Numbered from the stretch's first letter, positions 46,711 to 57,299 are shown. The stretch is 64,000 bases of DNA from an uncultured Candidatus Saccharibacteria bacterium (GCA_964413715.1 CAYPSN010000001.1:135573-199572), one strand, 5' to 3'. The notes: generated by a model not told the origin, from the letters alone. Program-made: numbers and translations.

Positions 46711-49395
46711 ATGGACATTTTTGCTACGACACTGGGTGCTATATTTTCATTTGTAGGTATAGTGCTATTTAAGTATTGGGGCTGGCTACTCATTGCAGCC
46801 TATTTAGGCTGGAAAATCGTCAAGAATAACAAAGCAACGGCATTCGTGCAGCAGTCTGAGCACGCCATCTTGCAGATTATTGTGCCGAAAAACAATGAGA
46901 AAAAAGAACTCTCTGCCGAACAGCTGTTTGCTAGTTTGCATGGTATTTTACGACCAAGCAGCGAAACCGAATCAGGTGAAGTCATTCAAGAACATATTAG
47001 CTTTGAAATTGCCTCCGAAGAAAACGTGATTAACTTCTACGTCTGGGTACCAAAACACCTCAAGAACTACGTGGAAAGCCAAGTCTACGCTCAGTACCCA
47101 ACCGTGCAGATTCAAGAAGTGAGCCATGATTATGCCCAGAAGGACCTCAAGGGTAGAGAAGTGCATACCGCCGAGGTTGTGCTGGACAAAGATGATGTCT
47201 TACCAATCCGAACGTTTCCAAGTTTCGAAGTTGACCCCCTGGCCGGTATTACTACAGCCCTTACCAAGTTAGCAGAGACGGAGGAGCTATGGGTGCAGTT
47301 CTTGATGCGCCCCATTGACGATAGTTGGCATAAACGATCCATCCAATACATCGATGAAATAACCAAGGGCAAAGCACCGCGCTTTGGCGCCACCTGGGAG
47401 CAGAAGCTCATTATGATACCTTTTCAATGGATAGGCGCACTCATCCATGCTGCTTTTATTGGACCCAATGCAGCAGCTGACAAGAAGGATGACAAAAAAG
47501 ACGCCAAGAAAGAGCTTAGCACTGGTCAGAGCACCATAAACGCCGCGGTAGAGACTAAGGCCCAGAAGCTTGGCTACCAGGTAAAAATTCGCGTGGCCTA
47601 CATTGGTGGCGATGCGCCAGCCGCACGTCAACGCGTTCAAGCCCTGGTTGGTGGTTTTAAGCAGTTTAATACCATTAACCTCAATGGCTTTTCTGGCAGC
47701 AGCATACACAGCGGGCAAGAAGCATTTGGCGAATACCAAGCTCGATACTTCGGCGACGAAGGGTTTATTCTGAACATTGAAGAACTTGCTAGTTTGTACC
47801 ACTTGCCGCACATCTCGGTAGAGACGCCAAATATCGCCTGGACCTCCACGAAAGTAGGCGAGCCACCAACTAACTTGCCGACCCTATCTAACACAGCCGC
47901 TGGTGATTTAAGTTTGTTTGGCACTACCACCTTCCGCCAGGGCGACATCAAATTCGGCATTAAACGCAGCGACCGCAAAAGGCACTTCTACGTTATCGGT
48001 AAGAGTGGATCAGGTAAGTCCTTCTTGCTCGAGCTGCTTGTGATGTCTGACATCTACCATAATGAAGGCTTTGCCATTGTGGACCCGCACGGCGACTTTG
48101 CTCAAGACATGCTACGCCACATTCCAAAAGCGCGGCTTGACCAAGTAGTCTACTTTAATCCGGCCGACACCGAGTGGCCAATTGCGTTTAACCCAATGGA
48201 AAACGCTGACCCGAATATGCGTGCCTCGATTGCATCTGAAATCGTTGGTGTACTTAAGAAAATGTTTGGAGACTCTTGGGGTCCACGACTTGAACACATC
48301 CTGCGCTTTACGCTTCTTGCCTTACTCGAAACACCAGATGCCACACTGCTTGGGATTACGCGTATGCTCACCGATAAAACCTACCGAAAGCATGTTATTA
48401 ATAACGTAACTGACCCTGTCGTGCGTGCCTTCTGGGTAAATGAATTTGCTTCTTGGAATGATAAGTTTGCCTCTGAAGCCGTTGCGCCAGTTCTTAATAA
48501 GGTCGGTGCCTTCACGGCCAACCCACTGATACGTAATGTACTTGGCCAAACGAGATCGAGCTTTGATATTCGCAAAATCATGGATGAAGGCAAGATTCTT
48601 GTTGTCGACCTTTCGCGTGGACGACTCGGCGAAGATAACGCGAGTATTTTGGGTGCTTTAGTTATTACTAAAATCCAGCTGGCAGCTATGAGTCGTGCCA
48701 ATATCGTCAATATCGATGACCGACGTCCATTCTACTTGTACGTTGACGAATTCCAGAACTTTGCAACTGATTCATTCGCCGTGATTCTGTCTGAGGCACG
48801 TAAGTACGGCTTGTACCTCACAGTAGCCAACCAGTACATTGCCCAAATGCCTGATGAAGTAAAAGACGCTGTATTCGGTAACGTTGGCTCGATGGTGAGC
48901 TTCCGAGTCGGCAGTGAAGATGCCGCCTACTTAGCAAAGTATTTTGAGCCAGTCTTTGAGCCGCTCGATCTTGTAAACCTTGGCCTGAGACAAATCTATG
49001 TAACCATGAGTATCGATGGTGAAACGAGCTTGCCGTTCTCTGCTCGTACATTGAGCATTCCAAAACCGGCGCATGACCATACTCCTGAGATTATTGAGCT
49101 TAGCCATCAGCACTTCAGCACGCCACGTACAGAAGTAGAACGCGTTGTAGCTGAATGGTGGGGGACTAATCAGAATGAAGAAAAAGCGAACACAGCAGAT
49201 GGAGCAACCAAAGAGCCCCAAATACCTACCTTCAATAAACATAAACCGAACATAGAAGGTATTGAGCCAAAACAGTACAGTGCCCAAGTTGCCAAACAGC
49301 GCAGTGGGCAGCACAAAAAAGCAGGCGATAGAGGTAGCACCAGAGGTTCAGGTGGTGCAAACCATGGTGGGCGCAACAGATCACGTCGTAAATAA
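46711..49395 (+). CDS. VirB4/TraD/HerA-like membrane ATPase
   Basis: GKSGSGKS, DPHGD, YVDEFQNF, LSEARKY, ANQY..Q. Confidence 0.88.
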   Translation: MDIFATTLGAIFSFVGIVLFKYWGWLLIAAYLGWKIVKNNKATAFVQQSEHAILQIIVPKNNEKKELSAEQLFASLHGILRPSSETESGEVIQEHISFEIASEENVINFYVWVPKHLKNYVESQVYAQYPTVQIQEVSHDYAQKDLKGREVHTAEVVLDKDDVLPIRTFPSFEVDPLAGITTALTKLAETEELWVQFLMRPIDDSWHKRSIQYIDEITKGKAPRFGATWEQKLIMIPFQWIGALIHAAFIGPNAAADKKDDKKDAKKELSTGQSTINAAVETKAQKLGYQVKIRVAYIGGDAPAARQRVQALVGGFKQFNTINLNGFSGSSIHSGQEAFGEYQARYFGDEGFILNIEELASLYHLPHISVETPNIAWTSTKVGEPPTNLPTLSNTAAGDLSLFGTTTFRQGDIKFGIKRSDRKRHFYVIGKSGSGKSFLLELLVMSDIYHNEGFAIVDPHGDFAQDMLRHIPKARLDQVVYFNPADTEWPIAFNPMENADPNMRASIASEIVGVLKKMFGDSWGPRLEHILRFTLLALLETPDATLLGITRMLTDKTYRKHVINNVTDPVVRAFWVNEFASWNDKFASEAVAPVLNKVGAFTANPLIRNVLGQTRSSFDIRKIMDEGKILVVDLSRGRLGEDNASILGALVITKIQLAAMSRANIVNIDDRRPFYLYVDEFQNFATDSFAVILSEARKYGLYLTVANQYIAQMPDEVKDAVFGNVGSMVSFRVGSEDAAYLAKYFEPVFEPLDLVNLGLRQIYVTMSIDGETSLPFSARTLSIPKPAHDHTPEIIELSHQHFSTPRTEVERVVAEWWGTNQNEEKANTADGATKEPQIPTFNKHKPNIEGIEPKQYSAQVAKQRSGQHKKAGDRGSTRGSGGANHGGRNRSRRK

Positions 49396-49772
49396 CGCAC
49401 GTTATTCAAAAGTAGAGAAGTTAAGCAAAAAGAATCCACTGCCGTAAAAGCTGTGACTTCTCTATCTTTACGCAAAATATTAGGGAGACCTTAGTACCCC
49501 TATATACATATTATGGAGCTAGTTTCCTGCGCTTGTTGTCGCGTATAGCATATATACAGCGCCAGAATAGACTTTAACGCATCCTACAAGCTTCTAAAGT
49601 CGTCTTGCTAATAAATAGGCTGCAGAACACGAGTAAGAGTGAGTAGCTTACTATGCGGTGAAGTTGGTACGAGTATTACGAAGTATTAAGCACCTAACTA
49701 ATTATAACGATTTTGCCTACATATAGGCCAAAAGGAGAGGTATAAACACACAGCTCAAAGCATAAAAACTAT

Positions 49773-49800
49773 ATGTCGCACAATGTACCTTTTGCGACGA
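49773..49800. other. dif-like Xer recombination site candidate
   Basis: ATGTCGCACAA-TGTACC-TTTTGCGACGA, 11-6-11 imperfect palindrome. Confidence 0.5.
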
Positions 49801-49977
49801 ACACCTAAGTTATTAATACATTTGTGTATTTAAACAATTTATATCAAATATTTGGGTTTTTGATTTTTTCTAATTTTTACCCGCCTATACTATCCCCGTG
49901 TGCTTACCTTAGACGGCTACTTCTTAGGCATATATTTGTTCAGACAAAAACCGAACTTAATGAGGGTGGTTTTAGCC

Positions 49978-50772
49978 TTATTTGTAAAAAACTTTGCCAG
50001 CGATCCGTAGATCAATGTATTCCTTGGGGCTAATCTTTTTCGCCATAACAGAACGATAATCCATTATCTGCCCTTCTACATTACGTGTAGTATCAAACTT
50101 AATCACTATCCCCTGCTTTGTCTTAATGGCCAGTTCGGTTGTTGTTTCTGGCACACTTATCGAGGCTACCACAACACCTGCGCTAGCTAACTTTGTATTC
50201 AAATCAGTCACAAATGCCACAAAGCTACTTGGTACGATTTTTTGACCGGTTTTTACTGGTAAATTCGTGCTATCCTCCACCGTTGGCAACGACGTATTGA
50301 GCTTTTGTTGTTCGGCGTACGCCACGCCATTACCTGATAGTACAAAAACCGAACTACCACTCTTCCACTGCAACGTGGCCTGCTGCTCTTTAATGGTTAC
50401 TCGCAAGCCACCGAGTAAACTACGCTCCACCCGCACTTCTTCTAATTGGTAATTTGCGGCCCTTAACTCTTTAGCCAGGCCTTCTGGATTAACAAAAATA
50501 GCATTATCGCCCAAGAAGGACTTATTTAACAGTGCCACAACTTGCTGCTGTACTTCGGCGGCAGTCAACTGTTGGTTGCCACGAACGGCAATTGTGCGGA
50601 CGCGAAACAGGGGTGAAAAGATTACAATATAAAACAAGCTTAGAACCACTAGCAAAGCTAGAATCGGCTTAATATAGCGCCCTACATGAATCTGTTTTTT
50701 TGGCTGCTCATAGTTGGGCCGATACCCTCCTGAAGTGCCAAAACTAACCTTACGCCCTCCTCGTTGCTGCAC
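49978..50772 (-). CDS. ftsQ: Cell division protein FtsQ/DivIB
   Basis: TM, POTRA (SPLFRV..I.V.GN), YIDLR; dcw position. Confidence 0.85.
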   Translation of the reverse strand: MQQRGGRKVSFGTSGGYRPNYEQPKKQIHVGRYIKPILALLVVLSLFYIVIFSPLFRVRTIAVRGNQQLTAAEVQQQVVALLNKSFLGDNAIFVNPEGLAKELRAANYQLEEVRVERSLLGGLRVTIKEQQATLQWKSGSSVFVLSGNGVAYAEQQKLNTSLPTVEDSTNLPVKTGQKIVPSSFVAFVTDLNTKLASAGVVVASISVPETTTELAIKTKQGIVIKFDTTRNVEGQIMDYRSVMAKKISPKEYIDLRIAGKVFYK

Positions 50773-50775
50773 CTG

Positions 50776-51921
50776 CTACTTCTCCCCTTGCCCGACATTA
50801 TGCAGAATCTTGGCCAACCGCTTGGCAGCGTCTTCTTGCGCAAACTTCATAAGCGTGCTGCCAAGATAGCGCATGTCGTTTGGCGAAGCAAAAAGCTTTT
50901 CTATTTCGTTTAATAAGCGCATACCGGTGAGATCTTTCTCTAGCAACAAGCGAATTGCACCGGATCGTGCCAAGTATTGCGCGTTTACTAGCTGCTCGTT
51001 ATTGGCAGCCGTCGGCAGTGGGATGACAATTGCAGGCTTACCCCAATGCATAAGCTCAGACAAGCTATTCGCACCGCCACGCGACACAACTACATCGGCT
51101 AAGGCATATGCCAAGCCCATTTCGTCTCGCAAAAAACTCTGTGGCTTGTAGCTAGCTTGCACTTCTTTGGGCATGCGACTCGCCAAGAAACGTGCTCGCT
51201 CAATATCCGCCTCTCCCACTACATGAATTACGTTATATCGCTTCGCAAACGCCTCCATGTGGTCAAACACAGTACTGTTAACAGCTTGTGAACCCAACGA
51301 ACCACCAAAGATAAGTATGTTTGGTTTTTGTTCTGTTATCTCAAAGTGCATTCTTGCTTCACTGCGCGACCCGGTTAACGCGGCACTGCGTAACGGATTA
51401 CCCGTATAGACCAGGTTGGTTAACTTGTAGTCTTTATAGAACTCCGTCGGAAAACCTGTCGCCAAGACTTCTGCATTCTTGGCTAAGATTTTGTTGGTCA
51501 TACCAAGCACCGTGTCGGAATCATGTAAAACAAGTGGGATCTTGAGCCACTTGGCAGCCAAGCCAACAGGCAGACCAACGTAGCTGCCTTTTACAAATAC
51601 GACGTCTGGCTTATACTTGCGCACCACTTGGTACGCTCGAAATACGCCACCATTAAACTTAAAAAAATCTTTAAAATTATGCCAATTCGTACGCGCGTCA
51701 ATTGCCGCCTCGTAAAACTTTCGGCCGTAGCGTCGGAACTTACCCGCTGGTATGCGCACGTATTCGATACCCGCGCCAGCAAGGATTTTTTGTTCCATAG
51801 CACCGCCAGAACCAATAAAGAGAACTTCTAAGTTTTTATCGAGACGTCTTAACTCTTCGAGTACCGCCAGTATGGGCGAAATATGACCCGCCGTTCCGCC
51901 CCCCGACACCACTATTCGCAT
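50776..51921 (-). CDS. murG: MurG glycosyltransferase
   Basis: GGGTAGHI.P, GNP.R, GGSLG, SRGGA. Confidence 0.95.
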   Translation of the reverse strand: MRIVVSGGGTAGHISPILAVLEELRRLDKNLEVLFIGSGGAMEQKILAGAGIEYVRIPAGKFRRYGRKFYEAAIDARTNWHNFKDFFKFNGGVFRAYQVVRKYKPDVVFVKGSYVGLPVGLAAKWLKIPLVLHDSDTVLGMTNKILAKNAEVLATGFPTEFYKDYKLTNLVYTGNPLRSAALTGSRSEARMHFEITEQKPNILIFGGSLGSQAVNSTVFDHMEAFAKRYNVIHVVGEADIERARFLASRMPKEVQASYKPQSFLRDEMGLAYALADVVVSRGGANSLSELMHWGKPAIVIPLPTAANNEQLVNAQYLARSGAIRLLLEKDLTGMRLLNEIEKLFASPNDMRYLGSTLMKFAQEDAAKRLAKILHNVGQGEK

Positions 51922-53086
51922 CTGTTGTCTCCTTTAGAGTGTATTTTGAAATATTTTGCAGGATACCCACCGCGGCAAGCGACGCAAGCATACTCGTGCC
52001 ACCGTAGCTGATAAAGGGTAAAGGAATACCCGTGAGAGGTATGAGGTTTAGCATGGCCATAATGTTGATAATAGCCTGAAAGCCAAACCAGCCTACAATG
52101 CCTATCGAAACGAGCCTGGAGAAATCATCAGGCGCACGCCGTACGATGTTGAGTCCTCTATATATGAGGACCGCAAAAATCCCTACAACTGTCATGGTAC
52201 CCCAAAGCCCAAATTGCTCGCCGAGAATGGCGAAAATCGAGTCATTGGTTGATTCGGGCAAGTAGCCATAAGACTGCAAGCCTTTCCCCAAGCCCTTCCC
52301 TAGTATACCACCTGAGCCCAGTGCAATTAAGGCCTGATTGATGTGATAACCGGTACTACTCACGTCCTCTTTATGGTTGAAAAAGGTCATAACACGGGCC
52401 AAACGATATGGCTGAATCAAGATCATCGCCACGCCGCCGGCAGCAAAAATACCCAGTGTGCCGCCATAGAGCCACAATGGCATGCTGGACATAAAAAGCA
52501 TACTCATGCCAGACAGTAGCAAAACCATGGCGCTGCCCATGTCTCGCTGTACAAATACGGCCAAAAACGTGGCCGAACCTAAAATCAGCAAGAACGGCAC
52601 GAGCCCTTTTGCAAAGTTACTTAGTTGCGACTTGTTTTTATCTAACCATGTGGCTAAATATAAAACCAAACTAAGCTTGAAAAACTCTACAGGCTGGAAG
52701 CTAAATCCGCCCAAACGAACCCAACGCGTTGCACCATTGGCCGAGTTCGACAAACCTGGGATGAGGACCAAAAGCATCATCACGAACGTGGCGATAAACA
52801 TATGAAGTGAATATTTACGCCAAAAATCATAGTGGATCTTAGATACTCCGTACCACACCAGCAAACCAAGCCCAAAAGCAATTAATTGAGTGCTAAAGAA
52901 CGTGTTTTTACCACTACTTCCACCGGTAATTGATAATTTCACAATTGAGCCAGTTGCATAGAGCATGATTAGCCCTATTGCTACCAGCGCAAACACCAAT
53001 ACTGTCAGTAAATAGTCTGGTTGGTGAGCTCGCCCCGTGTCGGCATGAGCCTGCCTAGCGCCATTTACTACCCTCCTGCCGACCAC
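51836..53086 (-). CDS. ftsW: SEDS peptidoglycan polymerase FtsW
   Basis: GATRW, FQP.E..K, LPE.TND.IF, LPFISYGG. Confidence 0.93.
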   Translation of the reverse strand: MVGRRVVNGARQAHADTGRAHQPDYLLTVLVFALVAIGLIMLYATGSIVKLSITGGSSGKNTFFSTQLIAFGLGLLVWYGVSKIHYDFWRKYSLHMFIATFVMMLLVLIPGLSNSANGATRWVRLGGFSFQPVEFFKLSLVLYLATWLDKNKSQLSNFAKGLVPFLLILGSATFLAVFVQRDMGSAMVLLLSGMSMLFMSSMPLWLYGGTLGIFAAGGVAMILIQPYRLARVMTFFNHKEDVSSTGYHINQALIALGSGGILGKGLGKGLQSYGYLPESTNDSIFAILGEQFGLWGTMTVVGIFAVLIYRGLNIVRRAPDDFSRLVSIGIVGWFGFQAIINIMAMLNLIPLTGIPLPFISYGGTSMLASLAAVGILQNISKYTLKETTDANSGVGGRNGGSYFAHTGGTRRVKTSR

Positions 53087-53087
53087 C

Positions 53088-54119
53088 CTAACCTCGTGCT
53101 ATCAAGCCGATAATAATACCTAGGACCGAGCAGACGGCACCAATCACCCAAAACCGCATTGTAACTTTGGTCTCAGGCCAACCAATCGCTTCAAAATGAT
53201 GATGCACGGGAGCGGATAAGAAAATTTTGCGCTTAAAGATCTTTTTAGAAAGTATTTGCAACGAACTTGATCCGGCTTCAGCTACAAAAACTGCGCCGAT
53301 AATTGGCAAAATAAACACCGTGTTCGTCAACATGGCTACCATACCAAGCGCTGTGCCCAGAGCAAACGAGCCGCTATCGCCCATAAAAAAGCGAGCTGGA
53401 TAGATATTAAACCAAGTATAAGACAGCACAGCGCCAACCACAGCTGCACAGAAGGCTGCTATGCCGATATTACCCTGTACGAGCGCTATAACCGAGTATG
53501 CTCCAAAGGCTAGGGCAAGCAAACCGCCAGACAGACCATCGAGGCCGTCGGTAATGTTGACGGCATTGGCGGTAGAGATAATGACCAGCATGAAGAGCGG
53601 GATGTACCATAAGCCAATCTCAAAACCACCTACTGCCGGCACGTGGATGATGCTAAAGCCTAGCTTAAAGTAAAAGTAAAAAGCACCCAGTGTAGCGACC
53701 AGTAAGATAAGTAAAAACTTAATCTTGCTGCGTAAGCCAGCCACACCCTTGCCCGAACCACGGATGTTGATAAAGTCATCCAATAGCCCAACTAAACCAG
53801 CACCAACGAGGCCAAACAGTGGCAAGTAGGTCTGCGACCTGCTCCAGTTGAGTAGCAGGGTCACGACCGATATAGCGACAATCATGACCACTCCCGCCAT
53901 CGTAGGGATGTGGCGTTTGTGCTTGGCAGCATGAAGTTTGTGGAAGATCGGCGCTTTTTCGCCAGTCGTAGCCGTGTCGCGGATTTGCTTCCAGGCCTTA
54001 TACTTGAAAGCAAAGTGAGTGTAAATTGGGGTTAGCAGCATGGCCACTGAAAAACCCAAAAATGCCTGCAAAAGTATTCGTGATAATTGATCGAAGCTGA
54101 TGGTAATTGTTTCTGACAT
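53088..54119 (-). CDS. mraY: Phospho-MurNAc-pentapeptide transferase
   Basis: PTMAG, NAVNITDGLDGL, FMGDSG, APVHHHFE. Confidence 0.96.
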   Translation of the reverse strand: MSETITISFDQLSRILLQAFLGFSVAMLLTPIYTHFAFKYKAWKQIRDTATTGEKAPIFHKLHAAKHKRHIPTMAGVVMIVAISVVTLLLNWSRSQTYLPLFGLVGAGLVGLLDDFINIRGSGKGVAGLRSKIKFLLILLVATLGAFYFYFKLGFSIIHVPAVGGFEIGLWYIPLFMLVIISTANAVNITDGLDGLSGGLLALAFGAYSVIALVQGNIGIAAFCAAVVGAVLSYTWFNIYPARFFMGDSGSFALGTALGMVAMLTNTVFILPIIGAVFVAEAGSSSLQILSKKIFKRKIFLSAPVHHHFEAIGWPETKVTMRFWVIGAVCSVLGIIIGLIARG

Positions 54120-54151
54120 AATGAATCTATTCTAGCATATTATCCAGTTAA

Positions 54152-55891
54152 TTATTTGGGCGGCACTTGGTAGTACTTTAGTAGCATTTTTGCCACTGTA
54201 GCAAAGGCCGGCACGGCAGTCTTTTCAGCAAAACCATCGACCTGCGGGTAGTCAATTCGCACTAGCATGACGAACTTGGGGTCCTCGACAGGGGCAAAAC
54301 CAACAAAGCTACCAACGTTTTTACGCTCCTCATACCCGGTACCGTCAGCCTTCGCCACCTGGGCTGTACCGGTTTTACCTGCGATGCTATAGCCTGGCAT
54401 TTTCGTAGCCCAGCCTGACCCCTTTTCAACTACACGTGTCATCATCGAGGCCGTCTCAGCCGCCGCCTGAGGGCTGATAACTTGTGAGTTAATGAGTTTT
54501 GGCTGGCTCTTCTTTACCTTGCCGTCAGCCTGCACTACGCCACCCACAAGGTATGGTTGGTACAACTTGCCGCCATTAGCAATTGCCGTAACTGCCTGAA
54601 CCATCTGCATACTCGTTACAGCAATACCCTGGCCGAATGTCATGTTGGCATAATCAACATCATAAGTGGAAGGCGGCTTTACTCGCACCGAAGCCTCGCC
54701 AGCCTGCTCTATGCCTGTACGCACGCCAAAGCCAAACTTGGCAATATATTGTGAGAACAAGTCTTTGCCGGCCCTGTTAATCTTGCCGCTGTCACCACCA
54801 AGCTGTTTTAAGATAAACACCATGCCAGTATTGAGCGACTTCTGAATGACGTCGTACATATTCTGCACACCGTACTTTTTATTCTCAGCATTGCGGATTG
54901 TCTTGCCGCTCACTTCCACCTCACCAGTGTCGTTATAGGTTGTTTCGGGTGTAATTTTATCTGCATCAAGCGCCGAAGCCATTGTAATTACCTTAAACCC
55001 AGAGCCAGGCTCGTATAAATCAGTCACCGCGCGATTACGAAAAACAGCGTAGTCCTTAACCTTGCCGTATTCATTAGGATTATAGTCGGGATAGTTGACG
55101 AGGGCTTTTACAGCGCCACTACTCGGGTCAACCACCACAATACTGCCCGATTCGGCACGGTTTTCTTGCACGGCTTTCTCCAAAGCCTGAGCAGCCACCA
55201 GCTGAATGCTGCGATCAATCGTAAGCACCACATCCTTACCATTCTTTGGCTCAATAATGGTGTTTTCGTTACTGACAATCGGCACACCCATACTGTCTGT
55301 TGCGGCCTTCAGGAGGCCATTCTTGCCGGTCAGATCTACATTTAGGTACTCCTCGAGGCCATATTGACCATCACCATCACTATTTACATAGCCGATTACG
55401 TGCGAGAGCAAATTGTTTTCTGGATAATAGCGGTAGTCTTTTTGGCGCAACACAACGCCCGGTATCTTTAGCGCTCGAATCTTGCTGGCTTCCTCGCTGC
55501 TTACGCGCTGCTTAAGCTCGATGTAGCGTGATTTTTTGTACGTTAATTGGTCGCGCAGCGTGGTTTCATCTAGGCCAGTGACGCGCGCTAGCTCGCTAGC
55601 TGCTCGTTTGGAATCAGGAATGAATTTCGGGTCAACATAGAGCATGCTCAACTTTTGATTGAGCGCCACTGGGTAGAGCTCGCCGTTTTCGTCCAGATAA
55701 ACCTGGCCCCTGGAAGCTGGGATTTCGAATTTACGTGACTGCTGAGAATTTGCTCGCGCTTCGTAGTCTTGGCCCAAGACTACCTGAACCTGGAAAAGTC
55801 GAAAGACAATTACAACAAGACAACCGCCGAACACGGCGATTGAAAGAAAATTGAGGCGCCTTTTGGCCTGAATTTCGCGCGTAAAACCCAA
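54152..55891 (-). CDS. ftsI: Class B penicillin-binding protein FtsI
   Basis: EPGS.FK, S.N, KTGTAQ. Confidence 0.93.
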   Translation of the reverse strand: MGFTREIQAKRRLNFLSIAVFGGCLVVIVFRLFQVQVVLGQDYEARANSQQSRKFEIPASRGQVYLDENGELYPVALNQKLSMLYVDPKFIPDSKRAASELARVTGLDETTLRDQLTYKKSRYIELKQRVSSEEASKIRALKIPGVVLRQKDYRYYPENNLLSHVIGYVNSDGDGQYGLEEYLNVDLTGKNGLLKAATDSMGVPIVSNENTIIEPKNGKDVVLTIDRSIQLVAAQALEKAVQENRAESGSIVVVDPSSGAVKALVNYPDYNPNEYGKVKDYAVFRNRAVTDLYEPGSGFKVITMASALDADKITPETTYNDTGEVEVSGKTIRNAENKKYGVQNMYDVIQKSLNTGMVFILKQLGGDSGKINRAGKDLFSQYIAKFGFGVRTGIEQAGEASVRVKPPSTYDVDYANMTFGQGIAVTSMQMVQAVTAIANGGKLYQPYLVGGVVQADGKVKKSQPKLINSQVISPQAAAETASMMTRVVEKGSGWATKMPGYSIAGKTGTAQVAKADGTGYEERKNVGSFVGFAPVEDPKFVMLVRIDYPQVDGFAEKTAVPAFATVAKMLLKYYQVPPK

Positions 55892-55905
55892 ATACCCCCC
55901 GTTCT

Positions 55906-56235
55906 TTATTTGGCCTGATCTACATAGGTCACGTTGTCGACAGCGACCATAGACTTAGCAACGTTCGACTCGCGTGCCGCCGATATCGACTGCAAACGTG
56001 CCGCATCAACCTGTAGCTTCTCTTTCTTGGCAAGCAAGTCATCTCGACTAGCAGACAATTGCGACAACTTGTAGTTGAAGGTTGAAGTCTTCGTTACCTG
56101 CGACAGATATAATAATGATAGCAAAATCACCAAGCTAATCAACATAAGGACAATCGTAAAGGGTCCCGATGTGATCTGGGTTTGGTTTCTGGTAAAGTTC
56201 TGGTTTCGACGCATTGCGACCGTTGCGGTAGACAT
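55906..56235 (-). CDS. ftsL: FtsL-like cell division protein
   Basis: TM + coiled coil between rsmH and ftsI. Confidence 0.7.
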   Translation of the reverse strand: MSTATVAMRRNQNFTRNQTQITSGPFTIVLMLISLVILLSLLYLSQVTKTSTFNYKLSQLSASRDDLLAKKEKLQVDAARLQSISAARESNVAKSMVAVDNVTYVDQAK

Positions 56236-56302
56236 CGTTTCTCCTTTTGTTTTTTAGATAGTTTTATTTTTGTTTTTGTTTTTGTGGCGAACTTTTTGGT
56301 AA

Positions 56303-56365
56303 TTACTTAATTACGCGAACTTTGAGCTTAACAGCTCGGCTACGACCTTTTACTTGAACTGACAT
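56303..56365 (-). CDS. 20-aa basic micro-protein (not in ORF track)
   Basis: AAGGAGG-7nt-ATG; MSVQVKGRSRAVKLKVRVIK*. Confidence 0.55.
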   Translation of the reverse strand: MSVQVKGRSRAVKLKVRVIK

Positions 56366-56388
56366 CGTTATGCCTCCTTTTGTTTTTG

Positions 56389-57285
56389 TTATTTTGTTTT
56401 CTCAACGGCGCGTAGCTTAGCGCTACGGGCGCGCGGGTTAAAATCTTTTTCATCCAAGCCACTCATGGGCTTTTTGGTAACTAACACACATTCTGGAATT
56501 GACACTTCCCTACCCATGGCATCTTTTTCTGGTGTAACGAGACGCTTGAAGTAGCGCTTTACTATTCGATCCTCTAAAGAATGAAAAGTAATTACCGCTA
56601 GTCTTCCGCCTGGCTTGAGCTGACGAATGGCTGCTGGCAAAACCTCTTCGAGGGCACGCAATTCTTGATTTACTGCGATACGTAGCGCCTGAAACGTGCG
56701 GGTTGCGGGGTGAATTTTACCCCTTCGCCCGATTGCTCGCTCTACCAAATCAGCCAGCTGCAATGTGGAAACAATAGTCCTCACCTTCCTCGCTTCTACT
56801 ATTGCCTTCGCTATCTGCCGACTCTTTCGTTCCTCGCCGTAATGATAGATGATGTCGGCCAACTCGCGTTCGCCCAAGCTGTTTACCAAATCAGCCGCCG
56901 TATCTCCCTGAGTCTGATCCATTCTCATATCAAGCGGACCGTCCTGCATGAAGCTAAAACCACGCTGAGCGTCATCAAGCTGTACCGAGGAAACCCCGAT
57001 ATCAAGCAGAATCATATCAGCACTTGGCAGCTCTAGTTCGGCTAACTCTGCGAAGTTTGCTTGTTTGATGGCCACGTTATCGTGATCAGCAAATCGCTGG
57101 CGCAAGGCCTCGATTGCAACCGAATCTTGATCGACCAAATAGCCGAAGCCACTTGACCCCACCTGTGCAAGCAAACGTGCACTATGGCCACCAAAACCGG
57201 CTGTAAGGTCAATAAAAACCTCACCGCGCTCGGGTCTAAGCACCTCTATCACTCTTTCGAGTAAAACTGGTATGTGTCTTTCCAT
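56389..57285 (-). CDS. rsmH: 16S rRNA m4C1402 methyltransferase
   Basis: H.PVL, G.GGHS, GVSS.QLD...RGFSF, FHSLEDR.VK, NPRARSAKLR. Confidence 0.97.
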   Translation of the reverse strand: MERHIPVLLERVIEVLRPERGEVFIDLTAGFGGHSARLLAQVGSSGFGYLVDQDSVAIEALRQRFADHDNVAIKQANFAELAELELPSADMILLDIGVSSVQLDDAQRGFSFMQDGPLDMRMDQTQGDTAADLVNSLGERELADIIYHYGEERKSRQIAKAIVEARKVRTIVSTLQLADLVERAIGRRGKIHPATRTFQALRIAVNQELRALEEVLPAAIRQLKPGGRLAVITFHSLEDRIVKRYFKRLVTPEKDAMGREVSIPECVLVTKKPMSGLDEKDFNPRARSAKLRAVEKTK

Positions 57286-57299
57286 ATGTCAAGGTTACC

